Below are positions 56,301 to 64,000 of a stretch of 64,000 bases of DNA, one piece after another; the stretch's first letter is position 1, and each line of letters begins with the position of its first letter. A model generated the notes under the pieces. That model was not told the DNA's origin and did no database searches. It was given only the letters and a program-made list of their open reading frames with translations. Origin of the DNA: Yuukianura sp. NJ FZ-2021 (taxonomy: Eukaryota); the NCBI GenBank assembly GCA_046563655.1, contig CM102283.1, positions 8,184,001 to 8,248,000 of the forward strand. Direction: 5' to 3'. The position numbers and the translations under genes are program-made.

Positions 56301-58772
56301 AGTCCTCGGCAAACGTTGATTGGGCCATCAGATAACAAAATTGGCTTCCAAAAATAAGATTTTTGTTTCCTACAGTTTAAAATTCAAAGTTACTAAACAG
56401 GTTAGAATGTTATGTCACAATTTTTTGCGTTTCTTACGAAGAGTGTCGCCCAATGTAACAAAAGCTTTCTGTTCCACCTCCGGCCGAATGCCAGCATTCG
56501 AAATTATCATAGCCAGATGAGGTTTCCAGTCACCAAAGGCATCGTCCATGCAACCCTGAACAAAAATTTGATCACAGCCAGTCCCAATTATTGAAAATTG
56601 TGTATGTGTATAGGACTTACCGTCATGGAAGATGGCACTCTGCCACTCATAATTTGATACAAAGTCTGCAGGGGGTGGTTGTAAGCCACTCCGTTGGCAA
56701 ATCGAGCCATGACCTGTCCATACTCTCGGTCGCCCATTTTTGATGCCAAGAAGAGCGCATGTCCCCATAACCCCTTCTGCATTGCGAATTCTACAAAAAT
56801 TAAAGAAATTGAGTTTGAATTTTTAAATGATCCAGAAATTAGAAAACTTCAATTTTGAAATCTTACCGAGAGCATCATTTCTGTGCCCAAACAACAACCG
56901 ATCGCAGAACCTCTGCGTAATTTTGGGGTCATTCGGTGGTGGCACTGGAGGTGGAACGATCAATGTTGACACTCCAGAGTCACGATCTTCGTCACCTTCA
57001 TCTTCCTGTTCTGAATTGTTTGATTCACTTTCTGCTCCACCGCCAACTTCTAGTCTTGCTTTCTTCTTGAGCAGGAGCTCAGCAATGTCTGATCCTACAA
57101 CAGACTGCAGAAGGAAATGTTTAGTAATTAGTAATTGAGCACAAAGTAATTAAGTAATCACTTACTCCGTTTTGTTTGATGAGTAGAATGAGCAACTCCC
57201 AGAGTAAAATAAGATTATCTTTGTCCGTTTGAAACTCTTGATTTTGAATGAACTTGATTTTCTTTTGACAGAACTTGATAACTGTATTCTTATGAGTTTT
57301 GCCTCGGACGAGTGGACCTGGAAAGGATTCGAGTTCTCGACTTTCCGGTAATTCGTGTAGAAGGGATTTGACCGAATGTACTTCTACTGTCGTCGAGCCA
57401 CGGGCCACTCGCAAAATTTGACCAAACGGGGTGATCAGACCTGCATAGAAAGGCACCACTGGTTGATCAGAATTTGCAGGGTAACTAGAACTCCAAATGT
57501 GTTATAGATTTAAGCTTTCTCACCAATAGCATGACCACTAGCAAACTTCTTTATAGCCAATTTCTCTGGAGGTGTATCTTCTGTAGTGGAAACAGAATCT
57601 ATCGGGACAAAACTTTGGTCAAATTCGGACTCATCCGATCTGAACTGATCTGTGTCGTCGAAATCAGGTTGATACAAACTCCCATTATTTCTGGAACTTC
57701 TTCCTGCAAAGTTTAAACATTTGCCTTATTAGTAATTAGTAAATAAGCATAAACCACTGTATTATTTCTTGATTTCCTTTACCTGATGGTGGTACAACTT
57801 TCTCTCTTCGTTCCCTGTCATCAAACTGACTTGGCTGCGAAGGATGTCGGAAGTGTATAGGTGTTCTTGTACCATCCCCATTTAGTGGTGGATAACGTGA
57901 CCCTGGATAATGTGGTTGATGGTGATCCGGCGCAGGTCCATAGCCAGGTACTGGTGGCTCTGGGATTCGATCGGGATGTTTCTTGTGTTCCTTGAACTTA
58001 TCGTACCATTCACGGTATCTAGCAGGGTCGCGGATTCGCAGTTCGTTCAAGTAAGCTATTTGCTGCTTAGATGGCTGTCGAGGAGATGGGAATCCTAACA
58101 GAAAAGTACAAAAACGGTTAATCGGAGGGCGACATGTCAGGAAAGAGCACAAAATGAGAAAATATTTCACCTCTTCTTGGCATGCTGTTAGTGCTGTACA
58201 TTCCTCCATACGACGGTTCCTGATAAAATTCTGATGGATTGTGTCTGTAATGGGGCTGTGGTGGTGGGCCATAACTGCGATCACGATCTCTACCATAATA
58301 CGGATCCATTGGTGGTATCGGCCCGGGTCTCCTTGGGCCGTAGTCGTTCGTATGATCGTAATATGGTTCACGGTACTCCCTTCCGCCGTAAGGATAGTCT
58401 ACAGGCGGAGGATCTCTTCCATAGTAGCCGTTTCTGGACCATGATCTTGGTTCATCAAAGTCCTGCGCTCCTGAATCCATGAACGAATTGGATCCATAGC
58501 CACTATTGTTAATTGCACTTGTCGAATGTCTTGTATCTCTGTCTCCTCTGGCAGATTTAGATCCGACGTTTCTTGGCCTATCTCCTGCTACTACTCTCTC
58601 ATTCAGCTCACCTATAATAACCCAGAAATCAATTAGTAATTTTCTTGCAAGTATCCTGATGTATATAAAATCAAATAGTAAGTCAGTCATTACCTGTTTC
58701 CAAGTACTGGTTCCGATCAGGTGCACTGGAAGAATCAAAGTTTCCAACTGGAACTGGACGTTCTCCGGACAT
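53394..58772 (-). CDS. SEC16: Protein transport protein Sec16
   Basis: Start MSGERPVPVGNFDSSSAPDRNQYLETG (ATG 58772); central conserved domain FPGPLVRGKTHKNTVIKFC, LLWELLILLIKQNG, GLWGHALFLASKM, PLQTLYQIMSGRVP, WKPHLAMIISN, TLGDTL, EATQMTEIYEYAMSL; C-terminal NQMILPDDKDPTIVWDENLKKW and KYVDVF. Confidence 0.92.
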
Positions 58773-60201
58773 TGTATTAAAAGCTTCTCCGTCCAAATCA
58801 GTATTCAACTCTATTTGGAGTCAATTATCTACAATTTATATCCACAACCAATAGTATAGGCCAATATTGTTAACTTACTATTAAAATTGCGCAGAACAGG
58901 GTGACACGACACCAGCTGTGTAAATTTAAGAAAAGAGGACGTAGGGGTAAATCGATACTAAGAAAAACCAATGGATGAATGACTACCGTAGTGTAGTTAG
59001 TACACGTCTCGTACGTACAGGATGACCTTGTTTATAGGTCAACTCTTTGCAATTGGGCTACTTTAACTAGACTAATTGATCCCTTAAGCTTACCTCTACG
59101 ATATCCCATATGCAAGAGAGCGACCAAAGTGTAGTAGTAGGAAATAATTTTAGTGCAAAAATTCAGTCTTATCTTCTCTGAGAGGTAAGTGTCCAACTCA
59201 ACGAGAAGTGGGGGGAGGGGTTTAGCAGGAACATGACAGATGAGAGGAAGAAGAAAGGTGGAGTCAAAACATCAGTAACTCAATATGCGGATCCCTGCAT
59301 TTGATAACTAATTTCACTAATTTGGCTAACTTAACTAATTAATTTAGCTTAAAACTTAATCGACATTGTGGTTGGCTCGACTAGAAGTTGCTGCTTATGC
59401 TTAACATATCAGCGCAAAATTGTCTACTTTTTTTTGAAATACCTTCATGAATTTGCGTCGGTTTAACGTAGTATCAGAGTATCAAGTTTTTAGTTTATTA
59501 AAAATACTTTGGGGAAAAGTACTTCTCACAAAAAGTAGCCACTTTTGTGGTCATAGAGATAAAAGTTCACAACAAGGCGATCTCGGTCAATTGATAGATT
59601 AGGTTTCAGGCGTAAACAATGTACCGGACAAGTAGCACGTCCTCAACATGTGTCAGGGCGTCCGCCTTTTACTTAAGGTGGGCGTGTCTTGGACGCGTCA
59701 CATGTATCTGTCACCTTGACTATATCCTCTGTGCCTGCTGTTATGTTGGTGTACTATTGTATTCACTCGATGATTGGGTGTACAAAAACTGTACTTAGTG
59801 CAGTTCAAGTCAAGTGCAAGGTGCTATCTATTCTATTTGGTATTTTATGCCTTGACTAAAATCTTTCATTTCTGGTTGTGCTGGGCTGGTTACTGATTAA
59901 TCGTGTATTACTATCCCACGTTACCAGTCAGCAGCCCCAGGAGGATTTTTTGAACTAATCTCTGTCATATGGTCGTGGAGAGGGGCCAGTTTATCTCATC
60001 TGTCCCATTGCGATTGCGTTGTTAAGTTTAACTTCTAATCGTAAACTGGGAATTAGTAATCTCTGGGCAGTTTCCTCCCACCATTATCTTTTTCAGGAGT
60101 TCAATTGTTGTACTAGTCAGTCGAGTCATCTTCCATTCGACGAATTGACGCAACAAGAGGAAACGAGAGGTCAACAACCAATCATTCTGTAGGGCAACAA
60201 A

Positions 60202-61834
60202 ATGCAAAATTTTATAGGAATTGCACAGCAAAACTTAGCCAGTACTGATGCAAAGGAAGACGCCCCCTGGTAAGTAAACTTAGCATTTATCAACTTACTA
60301 CATAATTGTGTTGATTAATGATGTAACGATTTCCATTCTTTGTGGTTTAGGTATGTGAAATATGGCGCGAGGGGATTTGGAACAATCGCTGGAGGATGTA
60401 AGCAGCAACTTTCTTTTTAACAAATACAAAATGCCTAACCAAAGTTGTTTCAATTTATGTTGTAGTGTCGATGCTGATGGGCGCGCTCAATGCAATTGCC
60501 AGCATATTGGATCCTCTGTGTATCGTACTAAGTATCTGGCAAGTGTAAGTTCAAATTACTTCAAGTTTTTCTTAAAATTAAAAAGCTGGGTCTGCTGGGT
60601 TAGGGTTAACTTCAGTATTTTATACTTGACTGTTCGTGTTCTATGTAATCTCAGGTTGGTCGGATTCCTGGTCATTTCTCTGGAATCTCCATGTTGCTGT
60701 TTCTTCGTTGAGCATGTCCAGACTATCACGCAGAAGATCGACTCTAAACCGTTGTATATGAAAGCAGCAGCATATATCATGTAAGAAAAGCAAACATTTC
60801 ACGAAGTTTTACGCGATAATATCCTTATTTTATCTTGTTGCAGAGCACCGTTACCGACGCTGTTGACATGCTTCGGATTTGCGACATTCTTTGGAAGCGG
60901 AATGATCGTTGCTGCTGGAGTCATGTACGGATTCATCGCTCTTGGCAAAAAGTGAGTCCTCAATGATACACTAACATTTAGCTTCTTTTGACTAACATTG
61001 TGTCGTACTTTGACTCAGTACTGATACTACATGGGCTTATACTACATGGGTTCAGTGTTAGCTTGACAGGCTTTTAACAGTTGTGACTCTTTTTTACGTT
61101 GTGTATAAGCAGAGCTCCACGGGAAGCCATGATGGCTACAGCTGCTGGTGGTGGTCAAATGGGCAATGGGCCACAACCTAATGTTCAAAACCAGAGCCTA
61201 GTTGATGACCCAGAGATCTGGGGGTCAAACAACTACTAACCAGAGTCCTTTTCCATACGTTTTTGTTTAACTTTTTCCTTACTGTGTTCTGTCTTGATTC
61301 TCTAACATAACTGAGAGTCCCGTTATCCATATCATTCCATTCCGAAATCAGTAGATTCTCGTAGTTCCTTTTATGTTTCCGACACGCATGCTTTTCTAAT
61401 ATTTCTATTAATTGCTTTCTGTTGATATTTATTTGATTACTTTTATTTATTTAGTAACCTAACTTTTTGTCTCTTTTAATTTTTCTTTCGGAAGAGCTTC
61501 ACGGGAAGAAATGGCTCGAAATGCTCAGACCATTCTTCCGACACACCACGAACCGCAGGACAAACGAACTCTCGTGGACAACCTTCAAGATCCAAATCCA
61601 TTCTCAGCACCATTCCCAGCCAAACCCAGTTACCCTGTAGTTGATTCCAGCAACAACAAAGGATTCGGTGGTCCACCACCACCATACACTGATCTACAAG
61701 CACCACCAACCAACATTACGAGTGTCCCAGTAGACTGGAATACTCCATTTGCTCCACCAAGTTCCAGTGTTACCAATGGAGGTTCTACAAACGTCAATCC
61801 AGTCTCGAGTAACCCCTACAATCCATTCCAGTAA
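60202..61834 (+). CDS. fwe: Calcium channel flower (CACFD1/Tvp18 family) with two alternative last exons
   Basis: Exons 60202-60269, 60351-60397, 60466-60544, 60655-60780, 60844-60951 give DAPWYVKYGARGFGTIAGG...VISLESPCCCFFVEH...KPLYMKAAAY...FGSGMIVAAGVMYGFIALGKK; last exon A 61113-61239 or B 61495-61834, both phase-compatible. Confidence 0.92.
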
Positions 61835-62277
61835 CTCAAATCAAAACGTTTCCTGTAACATAATTTTCGTTTAAGTCCAGGTTAGGTTAATTAACTTAAT
61901 CTAGCCTGATTCCTTAATTGCGATTTACAATTAACGACGCTAATTTAACGCACCCATTCCTACTCCGACTGAAGAGAACTGCGTAAACTTATTTAAAACA
62001 AGGAGTCAATTGAATTAGACAAAACCAAAATTTTGATTTCTGAGTTTTCCTAACCATAACGTTATGAAACCTTAAAATTGTGAAACTGAAAAACTTAGAA
62101 ATGAAAATGGAAAGTTCTTATTTTATAAAACGATTATGATTTAATTAAGCATGAACAGAGAGTGTCAAGTGATATCAAAATTATGGGTTATTGATCTCCC
62201 TTTATAACTTTCTATTCATGCCAAACCTATTGTTCTATCTGCCAACAATCATGGTATACATTTAACCAATCTTCCTG

Positions 62278-62344
62278 AATTATAATTATAACTTATAATT
62301 CCTTAAATTATAATTATAATCCCTCAATTATAATTATAATCCCT
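62278..62344. repeat. AT-rich TTATAA tandem microrepeat
   Basis: attataattataa(t/c) units repeated several times, separated by short CCT/CCC spacers. Confidence 0.6.
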
Positions 62345-64000
62345 GTCAACTTTTGTTTATGAAAATGACGACAGGTGGCATGCAAAGGAAGAAGTAAATT
62401 GTAGTTTGTCAATTGAGACGCACGTAAAACGTGTATAAAATTACGTGTTGCCGTCTAAATGTGTAACCCAAGAGGCTACACTAATCAGCAGAATCAGTAA
62501 ATACTTGTAACTAGCATGTGGTAATAACCTAAATAACATATTTAGTAAAACATTTTATTAAAATCCTTCGTAGAATGATGCTAAACTGTCACTGATTGGT
62601 TGACGACGGTACTGCTGTTGCCACTAAAAATCGTGTGTAGAGTTCAATAAAATGAGCGATTGCGAAATTGCGCTAAACGAAACCGAAACGTTTCCGAGTT
62701 GCCACTTTTTATTACTTTTGATTTTTGGTAGGATTGATTGAACTTACATAGTGGAGGTGACAATGCTAATTATGAATTTAGTTATGATTAATCAGGTGAC
62801 TAATCAAGTTGATTGTGCTAAATGCTGCTAATAATGCTATTAGAAGTGTCTATAAATTAAGAAAAGTGGACGTACGACTAGATTTTCTAAGGTCAAAACA
62901 GCGTCACTACGATGCTAAATTTCGTGAATCACAAGGAATTAATAGTTGATTGAAAAATTTGGAATTCTGATTGAACATGAATGTGTTTAGTACAGGAATA
63001 GCTTAAGTCCATTTCCCACCGTCAATTTCTTGTTGTTGACCTCTTGACCTTTGTCAGTTAGAGGTCAAAAGTGAGTTAACTCGATTTCTCAAGTTAGATT
63101 GCTAAAGAATCTTCCCTTGCATAAGGGATCCTAAGCTAAATAAGTTAAATTACCCACTAAAATCTAAAAGCTAACATTTTTCTAATTATTTTCTGGAGGA
63201 ATAATTGTTAAGGCTATGATGTTTCTTCGTCATCCAGCAAACACGAACATCTAAACACAAACTAAACTAAACAACGACAATTTCACTTTAACATTTAAAC
63301 ATCATAAACTCCCTGCATTGCACTTTTTAAACAAAAAGAAAACAGAAATTCAAAATTTCAAAAAGTCTAGGCTATTCTAACAAAGCACCTTCTATACTTT
63401 AACATTTATAGTCTATAACTTAATCTCGAGAGTTAATTATTGCAAAATTAGTTTGGTGGGATTTGGAGTGACTATTTTCTTAGTAATGGAGATCAACTTA
63501 CAAGGTGGATTTGGAATTAAGGAAATGCATTTGAATTGATTGGAATTACTCAATTACTTGGACTAGAGAAAAGAGAGTGACTTGGAATGAAAAGGTAAAT
63601 CAAATACCAAAACAAGTTGCTTAAGTTGCCTAAAAGTGTTGATTAAGCAGGGTAATTTAGCAGGAATGGTTCGTGCAAGACTCCAACTTTGTCCAGGGCT
63701 GCATAATGCTTCCACTATTTCTTCATCTTCATCTTTTTTTCACGTTTTGTGAAAAACGTTTTTCACAAGCTTGAATTTGGAATTTGAACAAATTTAAGTG
63801 TTGCTCAGTTCCTTCAAATCGCACAAAAATCCATCCGGTACCAAGATGTGAGTCGATCCTTAAAACAGAAAAAAATAGTTACAAAACTTATAAAATTTTT
63901 CAAAATTTTTTCAAAAATGTTAGAGTTGCATTGAAATCTGAAAAGCTGCTTACCAATAATAACTTCCCAATTCTTTGAAGCGTTGGTAACTTCATAGGCT

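Noticed and set aside
62000-64000. Possible gene in the last 2 kb
   Set aside because: AT-rich with no credible ORF or RNA gene motif; probably UTR, intergenic or intronic.

Overview
Gene-dense, AT-rich eukaryotic (animal) genomic DNA with many short (~55-100 nt) GT-AG introns. Gene content and intron style point to a compact-genome arthropod, possibly a springtail-like hexapod (inference only). Thirteen spliced protein-coding genes were reconstructed by hand: AK9-like adenylate kinase (-, runs off the left edge), a lark/RBM4-like two-RRM protein (-), USO1/p115 (+), a two-TM PPxY protein (+), a C2H2 zinc-finger gene (-), an ~18-kb receptor guanylate cyclase (-) with a mucin/C-type lectin gene nested antisense in one intron, Xaa-Pro aminopeptidase (+), the convergent glycoprotein-hormone pair GPB5 (+)/GPA2 (-), Vps54 (+), a divergent CNNM/unextended-like transporter (+), Sec16 (-) and flower/CACFD1 (+). 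Non-coding features include a hAT-type MITE with an 8-bp TSD, a foldback element, several intronic tandem repeats and a recurrent TGACCTTTGACCT (DR1) motif. The most interesting signals are in isoform architecture: two alternative terminal exons of flower, an upstream signal-peptide exon on a normally cytosolic aminopeptidase P, a frame-symmetric Sec16 exon carrying an RVxF motif, and a CNNM whose PRL-binding loop is replaced. Exon boundaries and family calls come from reading the sequence and recalled motifs; no database search or RNA data were available.
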